Assembly (NCBI GenBank): GCA_037140175.1
Contig: JBAXEY010000002.1
Location: forward strand, 1-47,403
Direction of reading: 5' to 3'
DNA: 47,403 bases
From: a bacterium
GTDB taxonomy: Bacteria > Patescibacteriota > CPR2 > UBA1875 > CAIMLA01
Within the stretch, counting starts at the first letter, position 1; each line of letters opens with the position of its first letter. Below are positions 34,425 through 43,675 of this stretch, in pieces. Made by a program: the position numbers and the translations under genes. Under the pieces are notes generated by a model. That model was given only the letters and a program-made list of their open reading frames with translations. It was not told the DNA's origin and ran no database searches.

Positions 34425-35006
34425 ATGTCTACAACCTTAGAAAATCTATCGAAAGCATTTGTCGGTGAGAGCCAAGCCCGTAATCGGTATACTTTTTATG
34501 CAAAGGTCGCCCGCGGTGAAGGCTTTGAGCAAATAGCAGAAATCTTTGAACAAACAGCAAATCAAGAGAAGCAACATGCCAAAAATCTTTTCAAGTTAAT
34601 TAATAGTTTAAACACACCTGAACTTAATGTTGTCGCAGTTAAGGTTGAAGCAGAGGTACCAACTGTCTTTGGCACAACTGCCGAAAATCTTCAGGCGGCA
34701 ATTGATGGTGAACATTTTGAACACACCAGCATGTATCCAGAATTTGCAGATATTGCCGAAAAAGAAGGCCACCAAGAGATTTCAAATCGACTGAGGTCTA
34801 TCGCAAAAGCCGAGAGCCACCATGAAGAGCGCTATCAAAAACTCCTAAAGGAGATTAATAATGGCTCCGTATTTACGAAGGAAGCGGAAGCAACCTGGGT
34901 TTGTCGAGAATGTGGATATATACATCTAGGGAAAAGTGCACCAGCGAAATGCCCTTCATGTGATCATGCAACTGCGTTTTTCCAACTACAGTGTGAGAAC
35001 TATTAG
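34425..35006 (+). CDS. rbr: Rubrerythrin (diiron four-helix bundle plus C-terminal rubredoxin-like CxxC...CxxC)
   Basis: FVGESQARNRYTFYA, EKQHAKNLF, DGEHFEHTSMYPEFA and ESHHEERY, followed by CRECGY...CPSCDH. The RBS is AAGGAGG. Confidence 0.85.
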   Translation: MSTTLENLSKAFVGESQARNRYTFYAKVARGEGFEQIAEIFEQTANQEKQHAKNLFKLINSLNTPELNVVAVKVEAEVPTVFGTTAENLQAAIDGEHFEHTSMYPEFADIAEKEGHQEISNRLRSIAKAESHHEERYQKLLKEINNGSVFTKEAEATWVCRECGYIHLGKSAPAKCPSCDHATAFFQLQCENY

Positions 35007-35008
35007 TC

Positions 35009-35662
35009 ATGTCGGGGGGTAATCGCATTTTTGATATTATGCCCAAGAATCAGGATGACGCTAGTAAGCCCACCCAATCACCTGACATGTCCGACGATGA
35101 AGAGCTGAACGAAAATCCCCCCCCTGCGCCCTTAGAATTAGGCGTCGAAAACAAGGAAGATCACGACCTTGAAAGCATCGATCAAGCCGAAGAGTCAGAA
35201 GAGGTCGTACTCCTGGAATGGGATGCCCTTGATCGTGAAGAACTAAAAAATCGTCTACTTTATTTTTTAGGTGCGGGAATAATAGTTTTATGTTTGTTAG
35301 CCTATATTATCTATAAAAAAGATTATGTAGGAGCAGTCTTTTTGTTAGTAATTTTTGTTGCCTTCGTCTTCTATAAACTACAAAAACCAAAAGAGATTCA
35401 TTACGCTTTTTCGAATTATGGTCTCTTTGTAAACGACAAATATTATCACTACCAAGAGTTCCACTCGTTCTGGTTTATAGACACAAAAAATCAAAGCCAT
35501 ATTCACTTTTTGTTTAACAAAAAATACTTGCCAAAGTTAATCATTAATCTGCAGGAGCAAGAAAACGAGACTGTCAGAAATGTCATACAAAACTACCTGC
35601 CAGAACAAGAAGATGTGGCCGAGCCGATTATGGATAAGATAATAAGAATATTGAAATTATAG
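35009..35662 (+). CDS. Hypothetical membrane protein: acidic N-terminus, two TM helices, small C-terminal domain
   Basis: The ORF starts 2 nt after the rubrerythrin stop. The TM segments are LLYFLGAGIIVLCLLAYIIY and GAVFLLVIFVAFVFY. No family was recognised. Confidence 0.5.
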   Translation: MSGGNRIFDIMPKNQDDASKPTQSPDMSDDEELNENPPPAPLELGVENKEDHDLESIDQAEESEEVVLLEWDALDREELKNRLLYFLGAGIIVLCLLAYIIYKKDYVGAVFLLVIFVAFVFYKLQKPKEIHYAFSNYGLFVNDKYYHYQEFHSFWFIDTKNQSHIHFLFNKKYLPKLIINLQEQENETVRNVIQNYLPEQEDVAEPIMDKIIRILKL

Positions 35663-35709
35663 CTTTATTAAAGTATAATATACCGAATATCCCATCTATT
35701 ATCACGTTT

Positions 35710-35785
35710 GCGCCCGTAGCTCAGGGGATAGAGCGCGTGGTTGCGGTCCACGAGGTCGCAGGTTCAATTCCTGCCGGGCGCACCA
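35710..35785 (+). tRNA. tRNA-Arg(GCG), CCA encoded
   Basis: Manual cloverleaf: acceptor GCGCCCG/CGGGCGC, D-arm GCTC/GAGC, anticodon stem CGTGG/CCACG, loop TTGCGGT (anticodon GCG, G37), T-arm GCAGGTTCAATTCCTGC, then ACCA. Confidence 0.8.
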
Positions 35786-35884
35786 GTTAATGACAGGGGG
35801 GTCCAAAAAATCAAGGGTAGGGCCTAAACCTCGAGATGTTAGTGCAAACGAAAATTTTCTTAAACATAAAAAACCTTACGACGA

Positions 35885-35976
<92 letters not shown>

Positions 35977-36017
35977 AATGAAATAGAGTTTTTTAAAAAG
36001 CGTCGAGATAGAGGCAG

Positions 36018-36046
36018 TTGACAAGAGTTAAAGTCTAAGTTAAACT
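36018..36046 (+). promoter_or_regulatory. Promoter TTGACA-17-TAAACT placed so that the antitoxin mRNA would be leaderless
   Basis: TTGACA at 36018-36023 and TAAACT at 36041-36046. The A of ATG (36053) is 7 nt after the -10, and there is no SD. Confidence 0.5.
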
Positions 36047-36052
36047 TTAACT

Positions 36053-36355
36053 ATGAAAACAATTACCGCCAAAAACCTAAGAGACAATCTCGACGAGATC
36101 GTCAAAAGAGTTAGCCACGGTGAATCGATAAGGGTCACCTATCGCTCCAAAGCGGCTTTCTTGATACAGCCGGATAGCACCGAAGATATTTCCACCAGAC
36201 CTGGAAGCCAAGTTGCGATGCAAAATTTTATAAACCAAGTCCGCGAAATCAATAAACTGCCTCGCTCTTCTGTGCTTAACGTCAATAAACCAGTAAAGGA
36301 ACTTTATCACGAGCTGCTTGACCGTGACCCAAAGTATACGGGCAGCTATGAATAA
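36053..36355 (+). CDS. Phd/YefM-type antitoxin
   Basis: MKTITAKNLRDNLDEIVKRVSHGESIRVTYRSKAAFLIQP is a typical Phd/YefM N-terminal fold signature. It overlaps the toxin start by 8 nt (ATGAATAA). Confidence 0.7.
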   Translation: MKTITAKNLRDNLDEIVKRVSHGESIRVTYRSKAAFLIQPDSTEDISTRPGSQVAMQNFINQVREINKLPRSSVLNVNKPVKELYHELLDRDPKYTGSYE

Positions 36356-36725
36356 GACAGTCTGTCTTGATGCAAGTGTCTTGTTGGAATCCATTCTAAG
36401 GGGCCGCAGAAACGCTTCGAAGGCCCAACAGTATATAGGCTCCCATGATGTCATGATCTCGCCCCTAACGGCACGCTTGTTTATTTACTTCGGCCAAAAA
36501 GATGGGCTAAGCCTCGATCTCTTACTCGACCTGTTATTAAAGCATCGGTTCACGGACTTTGGCACCGTTGAGATCCTCTGGGCGGCCAAGAATCATCAAG
36601 GCAAAGACTTTGAAGATGCCTTACAAATCGCCTGTGCCTTAACAAGCCACTGTAAAGAGTTTGTTACTTTTGATAAGGATATGGCTAAAAAGTACAAAAA
36701 ATTCATCACCGTAACTTTACTTTAA
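36348..36725 (+). CDS. vapC: PIN-domain toxin (VapC-like ribonuclease)
   Basis: The conserved acidic positions are CLDASVLLE, EDALQIACAL and FVTFDKD. I moved the start to ATG 36348 (MNKTVCLD) from the track's 36318. Confidence 0.7.
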   Translation: MNKTVCLDASVLLESILRGRRNASKAQQYIGSHDVMISPLTARLFIYFGQKDGLSLDLLLDLLLKHRFTDFGTVEILWAAKNHQGKDFEDALQIACALTSHCKEFVTFDKDMAKKYKKFITVTLL

Positions 36726-36826
36726 TCAGGGCTATGTTTAAAGTATCGACGGCGCTGAAAAGGTCTCAGACCGAAATGCTCCGCTCTGTATTATTTGCCT
36801 AATTTTGCTACAATAAAATCAAGGAG

Positions 36827-38446
36827 TTGAAAATCACCAAAACCACGCAAGATATTGCCAAAGACCTCTATCGCGATGGGGTAGAAAAAGAAGCCAGACA
36901 AAAGGCTGAATCTTTAAATATGCCTTATGCCGATCTATCCAAGGTGACCAGTAAAAGTGAGGTTTTGTCTTTGCTGTCAAAAGAAGAAGTTATCAAGTAT
37001 AAAGTCTTGCCCCTAAGTCTGGATAATAAAAAATTATACATAGGCGTGACCAATCCTTCGTTTGATATTAGCAAATTAAAAACCGACTTAGTCGAAGATT
37101 ATAGGCTTAAAGAGGTCGTGACCGTTATTATTTCCGATGCTTCTTATGTTGACGGTCTATCTCTTTACGAAAACATCAGGAAGCAAGCCAGCCACAATGA
37201 ACGAGATGAGTTTATAGATTTAACCGAAACGACAAGTGCCCCCACTTTTGAAGAATTAAATAAACAGCTTCAAGAAGCCCCAATCCAAGATCTTCTAAAC
37301 ATGATTTTATTAATGGGTTTTAACTCAAAAGCCTCAGACGTCCATGTTGAGCCCCATAATGATCACACCATTATTAGAATGCGGCTCGACGGTGTTCTCC
37401 ACGAGGTAGCCAATCTGCCCAAGGAAAGATATAGCTATATCCTATCCCAGGTTGAACTTCACTCCAACCTAAAGTTAAATGCTGACTATCCTCAAAATGG
37501 CCGTTTTTCAATCAAAATCGCAGACCAAGATCTGGGCGTTCGTATTGAAACAATGCCCAGTATGCATGGCGATGATATTGTGATGCGTCTTTTTAATACC
37601 CAGTCCAAAATGCTTGATCTAGATGGGTTGGGCTTGTCAGAATATGCTAAACCTATTTTGGAGAGTTCTTTGATGAGGCCTCATGGCATGATTATTATGG
37701 TCGGTCCGACCGGTTCAGGGAAAACGACAACTATCTATGCTATCCTCAATAAATTAAATAGCGAGAATGTCAAAATTATTACCCTCGAAGATCCGATTGA
37801 GTATGAGATGGAAGGAGTAACACAATCGCAAATCAATGAGGGTGAGACTTTTGCCGATCGGTTGAAGGCGGTTCTTCGTGAAGATCCGGACATCATTATG
37901 GTCGGTGAAATACGCGAGGCATCCACTGCTCAGGTTGCCTTACAGGCCGCTCTGACGGGACATCTAATGGTTTCTACAATTCATGCAAATGATGCAGTAA
38001 CGGCTATCATTCGTTTAACTGAAATGATCGGTGACGCAAATCTAGTTACAGCCTCAACAAATGTGATTATTGCTCAACGTTTAGTCAGAAAAATCTGCCC
38101 AAAGTGCCGTGCCGCCTACGCCCCAACTGAATACGAGTTGGCTGAATTAAATAAAATTATGGCCAAGATGAAGGATGAAATAAAACCAACCGAACCTTAC
38201 AACTTTTTCCGTGGTAATGGTTGCGATGATTGCCATGGGATTGGTTTTAAGGGTCGGATCGGCATCTATGAACTTCTTGAAATTGATAAAAACCTACAGA
38301 AACTGATAAATGAAGGGGTTCCTATTTTTGAGGTGCAGGAAGCGGCCCTCGCTGGGGGGCTAGTCACGATGGAACAGGATGGCATTCTAAAAGCTCTAGA
38401 TGGTATAACTACCTTAACTGAGGTATTAAAGACAATCAGGGAATAA
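36827..38446 (+). CDS. pilB: GspE/PilB-family secretion ATPase (type IV pilus assembly type)
   Basis: An N-terminal GSPII_E_N-like domain is followed by Walker A GPTGSGKTTT, Asp box, Walker B IIMVGEIR and His box STIHAN. The tetracysteine motif is CPKC...CDDCHG. The TTG start immediately follows AAGGAG, so the exact start is uncertain. Confidence 0.85.
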   Translation: MKITKTTQDIAKDLYRDGVEKEARQKAESLNMPYADLSKVTSKSEVLSLLSKEEVIKYKVLPLSLDNKKLYIGVTNPSFDISKLKTDLVEDYRLKEVVTVIISDASYVDGLSLYENIRKQASHNERDEFIDLTETTSAPTFEELNKQLQEAPIQDLLNMILLMGFNSKASDVHVEPHNDHTIIRMRLDGVLHEVANLPKERYSYILSQVELHSNLKLNADYPQNGRFSIKIADQDLGVRIETMPSMHGDDIVMRLFNTQSKMLDLDGLGLSEYAKPILESSLMRPHGMIIMVGPTGSGKTTTIYAILNKLNSENVKIITLEDPIEYEMEGVTQSQINEGETFADRLKAVLREDPDIIMVGEIREASTAQVALQAALTGHLMVSTIHANDAVTAIIRLTEMIGDANLVTASTNVIIAQRLVRKICPKCRAAYAPTEYELAELNKIMAKMKDEIKPTEPYNFFRGNGCDDCHGIGFKGRIGIYELLEIDKNLQKLINEGVPIFEVQEAALAGGLVTMEQDGILKALDGITTLTEVLKTIRE

Positions 38447-38557
38447 TTCATTTATTTATTTATGTCAGACAAAATTAACATTTTTCTCTTGTATTCTCAA
38501 CTTAGTTGGATATAAAATTAGATTAGTAAAAAAGATATATTATAGGAGGGGGTGATT

Positions 38558-39013
38558 ATGATGATGGCAAAAAAAGAAGGCAAAGACGTTCCAATGGTTA
38601 CTGAGGAAAGTTTTTTCTTAGAAGACAACACTTTTACGACAGATTGGCTTGAAAGCGTTCCTGACAAAACTGTCGAAGGAGAGTTAGCCGTAGATGTCTA
38701 TGAAACAGCCAGAGATATGGTTGTCAAAGCCCCCATCGCCGGTCTTGGCGAGGAAGAAGATATCGACATTACTCTGACAGAAGAAATGGTCATCGTAAAG
38801 GGCGAGCGTAGAGAAGAGCGTGAAGTAGATCACAACAATTATCATATTCAGGAATGCTACTGGGGGACTTTCTCCAGAACAGTAAATTTACCAGCAAAGG
38901 GCTTACCAGAAGAAGCCGTCGCCTCCTTCAATAAAGGAATTTTAACGATTAGAATACCGAAGGCAGAAGTTAATAAGCTAAGAAAACTTAAGGTCAATGC
39001 CAAAACACTTTAA
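38558..39013 (+). CDS. Small heat-shock protein (Hsp20/alpha-crystallin family)
   Basis: The alpha-crystallin core is ELAVDVYET..DMVVKAPIAG...ITLTEEMVIVKGER...GTFSRTVNLP...A.FNKGILTIRIPK. The RBS GGAGGGGG precedes ATG 38558 (the track start is GTG 38552). Confidence 0.85.
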   Translation: MMMAKKEGKDVPMVTEESFFLEDNTFTTDWLESVPDKTVEGELAVDVYETARDMVVKAPIAGLGEEEDIDITLTEEMVIVKGERREEREVDHNNYHIQECYWGTFSRTVNLPAKGLPEEAVASFNKGILTIRIPKAEVNKLRKLKVNAKTL

Positions 39014-39019
39014 AGATTA

Positions 39020-40051
39020 ATGTTCCCCGCCAATAACATCTTCGATCGACTAAAACGAATCAAACCATTGATTTTACTGCTTTTAGTGGGTTTATTTAGC
39101 TCGCTGCTATTCGTCGCGCCTCCAACTTTAGCGGGACCCGGGACAGTCCCAGACCCAGCTCTAGCTGCAAATATTCAGGTCCCAGACCTAGAACAAATTG
39201 CCGCATCCCTCAAAGTTGAAGTTAAGATCCTAACAATTAAACAAATTGTAGATGAGTACCGAAAAAATGATTTCTTAATTACCTCGGCCGACTTTGTCAA
39301 AGAGCTTCAAGCAATTTTAGACAAAAAGGGAGGTGGAGTAAAAATTAGTAGCGAGGCTGTAACGGTTGGAAACTTAAATGCGGCCGGTATTCCCAATTCG
39401 ACAATCTACAACACCGCTTACAATTTGATAGCAAAGGCAAAAACACTCCCGCCCCTCTCAGATACACTCCCAGTGATGGTTTCTAGTAAATTTAATAACA
39501 AAAGTGCAATACCTGAATATACTGTTCGTGATATTGTAAATTACTACAAATCGATCGGCTACAATATAGACGAAACGAAGTTTATCGCTAGCTTAAATAT
39601 ACTTACAAAAAATAACCCCAAGGTAGACAAGGATACAACGATTGGCCAGCTAAATGCCGCTGGTGTTCAGTTGCCAGCCATAAACACTGCCATGTCGACT
39701 GCCTATGACGCCGGTGCGAATGTTACGACTAGTGGTGAATGGATAAACAATGATAGTAGCTGTAAACGTGGTATCTCGGGTCTTTTTTGTGTTGACCTTG
39801 GTGGAGGTGACGGAGTCAAACAAGTCACAAAAGACATTGCCACCAATGTAAATGTCTTGATTTCGGTCCTAGCGGCGATTATGATAATTTTTGGAGCCTA
39901 CAGAATTATCACCGCCAATGGTGATCCCAAGAGGGTTTCTCAGGGACGAGAAATAATTTTCTCAGCCCTAATCGGTATTGCCATATTCGTAGGCTACAAT
40001 CTCATTGTTAGTATTATTAATCCAGCCATTAATCCAATTGCGAGTCTCTAA
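39020..40051 (+). CDS. Secreted protein with internally duplicated N-terminal region and a C-terminal VirB2/TrbC-like T4SS pilin domain
   Basis: Signal peptide LILLLLVGLFSSLLFVAPPTLAG. An internal duplication is marked by T(V/I)G.LNAAG(I/V). The C-terminus VNVLISVLAAIMIIFGAYRIITANGDPKRVSQGREIIFSALIGIAIFVGYNLIV parallels the two pilin ORFs that follow. Confidence 0.6.
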   Translation: MFPANNIFDRLKRIKPLILLLLVGLFSSLLFVAPPTLAGPGTVPDPALAANIQVPDLEQIAASLKVEVKILTIKQIVDEYRKNDFLITSADFVKELQAILDKKGGGVKISSEAVTVGNLNAAGIPNSTIYNTAYNLIAKAKTLPPLSDTLPVMVSSKFNNKSAIPEYTVRDIVNYYKSIGYNIDETKFIASLNILTKNNPKVDKDTTIGQLNAAGVQLPAINTAMSTAYDAGANVTTSGEWINNDSSCKRGISGLFCVDLGGGDGVKQVTKDIATNVNVLISVLAAIMIIFGAYRIITANGDPKRVSQGREIIFSALIGIAIFVGYNLIVSIINPAINPIASL

Positions 40052-40055
40052 AAAT

Positions 40056-40502
40056 ATGAAAAAATTCATTATCTATTCGAGCCTCTTTCTCTCTATATTC
40101 TTCATATCTGGTCTTGGACTTAGCCTTAGCCCGCTGTACACTTCTCATTTTCCATCTGCCCAAGTTGCTTATGCAATCAATGATCCTGAAGGAGCAGGGG
40201 GTACCGACACAGTGGACAATACGACTCCCGGTATTACAGATGGGATTGGCACCAAGAGGGATTGGTCCGCCCTAAACGCACTTGCCATGAATGTCTATCG
40301 TGTTTTACTGGCAGTGTTTAGTTCGGTTGCGGTTTTGATGATTATCTGGGGTGGGGTTACATATATTACTTCAAACGGGAGCCCAGATAAAACAGAAAGG
40401 GCCAAAAAAATTATTACATACGCCATTATTGGGATTGTAGTAGTTACTTCTACCTGGCTTTTGATTAAGTTAACCGCAAGTCTCATCGGCGCCACCGGCT
40501 AA
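40056..40502 (+). CDS. VirB2/TrbC-like T4SS pilin paralogue
   Basis: It has a signal peptide, then LLAVFSSVAVLMIIWGGVTYITSNGSPDKTERAKKIITYAIIGIVVVTSTWLL (two TM helices flanking a G..P.K..A.K loop). I moved the start to ATG 40056 (MKKFIIY). Confidence 0.65.
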   Translation: MKKFIIYSSLFLSIFFISGLGLSLSPLYTSHFPSAQVAYAINDPEGAGGTDTVDNTTPGITDGIGTKRDWSALNALAMNVYRVLLAVFSSVAVLMIIWGGVTYITSNGSPDKTERAKKIITYAIIGIVVVTSTWLLIKLTASLIGATG

Positions 40503-40564
40503 AAATATTCTTTACAAAATTTATCCTTTACAATAAGATTAAACTAGAAATAAAAGGAGAGAAA

Positions 40565-40921
40565 ATGAACAAAAAAGTAAACAATTTATTGTATTCTCTG
40601 TTGGTAGGAATTTTTGTCTTCCTACCTGTAGCCGCCCTAGCAACCGGCCCGATTGTAGCAGTCACTGGAACTTGTGGAGGCGCTCAATGCGTTATTGACT
40701 TACTGCAAACGATAATTACCTGGGTTCTAGCAATCGCTGGATCCCTAGCCGTCTTAATGCTTATTTACGGAGGCATTCGGTATATTCTCTCAACTGGTGA
40801 CGAAAAAAGACTCGAGGGAGCCAAAAAAACTATTCTTTATGCAATTATTGGTATTATTGTCATTACCGCTTCTTATCTTCTGGTCGGTGTCGCTGGAAGC
40901 CTTTTGGGCTCTGTAGCGTAA
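40565..40921 (+). CDS. VirB2/TrbC-like T4SS pilin paralogue
   Basis: WVLAIAGSLAVLMLIYGGIRYILSTGDEKRLEGAKKTILYAIIGIIVITASYLL has the same architecture. The RBS is AAGGAGAG. Confidence 0.65.
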   Translation: MNKKVNNLLYSLLVGIFVFLPVAALATGPIVAVTGTCGGAQCVIDLLQTIITWVLAIAGSLAVLMLIYGGIRYILSTGDEKRLEGAKKTILYAIIGIIVITASYLLVGVAGSLLGSVA

Positions 40922-40929
40922 CTTCGTTA

Positions 40930-40978
40930 AACAAACAATAAAAGCCCCTCCCTTGTGGAGGGGCTTTTATTGTTTGTT
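40930..40978. terminator. Strong, potentially bidirectional intrinsic terminator: perfect 22-bp stem with a 5-nt loop
   Basis: AACAAACAATAAAAGCCCCTCC (40930-40951), loop CTTGT, then GGAGGGGCTTTTATTGTTTGTT (40957-40978). The GC-rich stem core is followed by TTTTATTGTTTGTT. Confidence 0.8.
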
Positions 40979-41018
40979 GCTCTTTGTTTTGGTATTATAA
41001 TTGTAGACAGAGAGGGAA

Positions 41019-43007
41019 ATGATAAAAACAAAAATATTTAGTTATTTTAATATACACAAATATAGAATACTTCTATCTGTGTTTTTGCTACTTCTAATAC
41101 CTGCCATTCTTCTTCTGCCCAACCTTATTATGGCAGCTGATCCGTTAGGGATCGCCACAAATTTTAAGGAAGGGATTGTCTCCTTTATTACGGCCATCGG
41201 GGCGGCAGCGACAAAATATAGCTTCATGTTACTTAAGATGGCGATGCAGACAAGTACAGATCTGATTTCAGAAGTAGTTAATGCGGCACCCACCTACGGG
41301 GGTCAGGCAAATGTTGGCCTCTCATTTACCGCAGTTGCTGCTCTTGTCAGGGACTCTGCTCTTTCATTTCTTGGTATTATCGTCATTGTAATGGCGTTTT
41401 CCCAAGTTCTGCACGTTAAGGTTGACGAGTGGGGCGCCAAAGCTCTACTGCCAAAGCTCTTTTTGGCCTCACTAATGTCTCTTTTTAGCCTTTTTATTTG
41501 TTCCGTCATCTATGATTTCGCTCTAGTTGTGACCAATGCTTTTGCTCTAAATACTGATGTAAATGTGACCAACGCTACTGCCTTAGCGGCCAACCCAGTT
41601 AATGCAATGGAAGAATTATTTAGAACAGGTGACCTCAGGCTAAATATAATGGCGGCTGTTGTTTTTCTATTTACTTGTATTCTGTTGTCTGTTGGTTATC
41701 TGATCTTGGCAATTATTCTATTCTTTCGAACTATTTTTGTCTTAATTTTAATGGCTGTCTCCCCGCTTGCCTTCGTTTGTATGGTTTTGCCTTGGACCAA
41801 TGGACTATACAAGAAATGGTGGCAGATGTTTGCAAAGTGGATTTTTTATCTGCCGGCGGCCTATATTATCCTAAATGTTGGTACGATGGTGATGATGGCC
41901 ATTCTTTCGAGTAGTATGTATACTCAAAGCATCACTGATACGCTAACTAAAAATGGGAGTTTTGCTCAAGGCTCAATGCTTGCTCTCGGTCAGCTTTTTG
42001 TGCCAAGTATCACCGCTTTGATAGTTATGGGGGCCGCTATTATCATGCCATTTTCGATGCTTGGTAAGGCTGGAGGCATCGCCTCAAGTTTATCCAAGAA
42101 AGCTGGCAAAGGTGTCTGGCAAGCCTCTCCTGGTGGAACGGCTCAAAATATGTGGAAGCAGGCGAGTTCTAATAGAGTCCAGGCCCAACAGACAAAGGCT
42201 GGGCGAGCTTTGTCTGGATTACAAAGAAAGATTGTGGGCAAGCCCGGCGAAGACGGCAAACAAAGCGCCATGAGGATGAGAGCGGGCCAAATGATTACAG
42301 GAAGAGATGCCCAGGCTATGGCAAAAGAGATAGATGGACACACCAGTACTTATAAGAACTTAGGCGGTAGCTCCAAGACTGCGGAAGAATACAAATCTTC
42401 TTTCGCTCAAGCCAAAAAAGACAATCCTGCTTTATCTGACAAAGACGCTCACAAGAAGGCGCTTGATAGTGTTGAAAACGTTGAGCAGAGAGAGTTTCTT
42501 TCCAAGCTTTCTCCCGATACTGCTCTAAGGGTTGCCACAACTACAGCCGTAAAAGATGATAAGCTTATCACAAAACTTGGTTTCACCGGCGCTGTAGAAG
42601 TTTTATCCGCTCCTGAAAAACGCGAACCAGTTAACAAAGACAAAGTTAAGGACAATATGAAGAAAATTGATCTAAGGGCGCTTGGTCAGATAAAAGTAGA
42701 ACACGTAACAACCGACCTGCAACGAGCCTTTGGCGCTGGCCCAGGAGAGGTTGGTACCGCCATGAGAGAAACATGGGCAGACGATACCATAAAAGAAATA
42801 TTAAAAGGTGTCACCCCAGATGTTGCGACCGCAATGCGAGCTCAACTTGCTCAAACCGCCAATTCTGATCAATTCCAAGGTCCCACCGCCCCACCGCCGC
42901 CAGATACCCATGTTCCACCGCCTAATTCACCCTATAACCAACCATTGCCAGATAACGCCCATGAAACTACTGAAGAATGGGGGCCAGAAAGTAGGCCAAG
43001 GCCTTAG
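41019..43007 (+). CDS. Polytopic membrane protein, VirB6/TrbL-like T4SS channel component with a long hydrophilic Pro-rich C-terminus
   Basis: There are about 8 hydrophobic segments in the first 370 aa or so, then a charged tail ending PTAPPPPDTHVPPPNSPYNQPLP. The position between the pilins and PrgI/VirB4 supports the call. There is no sequence-specific motif, so the call is contextual. Confidence 0.5.
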   Translation: MIKTKIFSYFNIHKYRILLSVFLLLLIPAILLLPNLIMAADPLGIATNFKEGIVSFITAIGAAATKYSFMLLKMAMQTSTDLISEVVNAAPTYGGQANVGLSFTAVAALVRDSALSFLGIIVIVMAFSQVLHVKVDEWGAKALLPKLFLASLMSLFSLFICSVIYDFALVVTNAFALNTDVNVTNATALAANPVNAMEELFRTGDLRLNIMAAVVFLFTCILLSVGYLILAIILFFRTIFVLILMAVSPLAFVCMVLPWTNGLYKKWWQMFAKWIFYLPAAYIILNVGTMVMMAILSSSMYTQSITDTLTKNGSFAQGSMLALGQLFVPSITALIVMGAAIIMPFSMLGKAGGIASSLSKKAGKGVWQASPGGTAQNMWKQASSNRVQAQQTKAGRALSGLQRKIVGKPGEDGKQSAMRMRAGQMITGRDAQAMAKEIDGHTSTYKNLGGSSKTAEEYKSSFAQAKKDNPALSDKDAHKKALDSVENVEQREFLSKLSPDTALRVATTTAVKDDKLITKLGFTGAVEVLSAPEKREPVNKDKVKDNMKKIDLRALGQIKVEHVTTDLQRAFGAGPGEVGTAMRETWADDTIKEILKGVTPDVATAMRAQLAQTANSDQFQGPTAPPPPDTHVPPPNSPYNQPLPDNAHETTEEWGPESRPRP

Positions 43008-43012
43008 AATTT

Positions 43013-43675
43013 ATGCAATACCAAATACCACAAGACGTCGAAGTCGCAGACAAAATAATCGGGCCATTGACCCTCAAGCAGTTCATGTACTTAATAGCAG
43101 GGACTGGTTTTGGTTTGGCCATCTACGCCGCTCTGAGAAATACAATCATCCCAATTGTTATCATAGTTATTTTGGCTCTTATTCCTGTTGGTATTTTTGC
43201 AATTATCGGCTTTTTCCGGGTCAACGGTCGGCCGCTCGATTCCTATATTGCGCCGTTTTTTGGTTTTATGGGGGTTGCAAAAAGACGTTTCTGGCAAAGA
43301 GAAGATATTCAGATCAACCAAGAAGAAGAAATCAAAAAACTACGAGCCGAGTCAGAGAAAAACAGTCATCCCCTCGATACTAGGTCTCAGCAAGAGGTCA
43401 GTGAGAATATCGCTAGTCTGGCAACCCTGGTTGACACCGGTATCCAGGCGCCCCTCCCCAAAGAACCAAAAACTGTTTTTGATGTAGACGAAGAGCGCGG
43501 CTCAAAGATAAAGACTCTTTTACAGGAAAAGGCAGCTAGTGCCCAAGTTGGAAGAGAGCCCCTCGTCTCTCAAATGGCCTCTGTCTCGCCGGGAGATAAG
43601 ATGGAGACAATTGACAAGGAAATCCCAAATGTGAACCTAGAAGAAAAAATTCAGTCGAGAGAAGACCATGTCTAA
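43013..43675 (+). CDS. PrgI-family (VirB3-like) T4SS membrane protein
   Basis: MQYQIPQDVEVADKIIGPLTLKQFMYLIAGTGFGLAIY ... GFFRVNGRPLDSYI matches the PrgI family N-terminal signature (from memory). It sits immediately upstream of VirB4. Confidence 0.65.
   Translation: MQYQIPQDVEVADKIIGPLTLKQFMYLIAGTGFGLAIYAALRNTIIPIVIIVILALIPVGIFAIIGFFRVNGRPLDSYIAPFFGFMGVAKRRFWQREDIQINQEEEIKKLRAESEKNSHPLDTRSQQEVSENIASLATLVDTGIQAPLPKEPKTVFDVDEERGSKIKTLLQEKAASAQVGREPLVSQMASVSPGDKMETIDKEIPNVNLEEKIQSREDHV

Noticed and set aside
41042-43487. Alternative-frame and antisense ORFs within the VirB6-like and PrgI genes (for example 42808..43383, 191 aa, and 43188..43487)
   Set aside because: They are Arg/Pro/Ser-rich out-of-frame translations of better-supported membrane-protein genes, with no independent start context.
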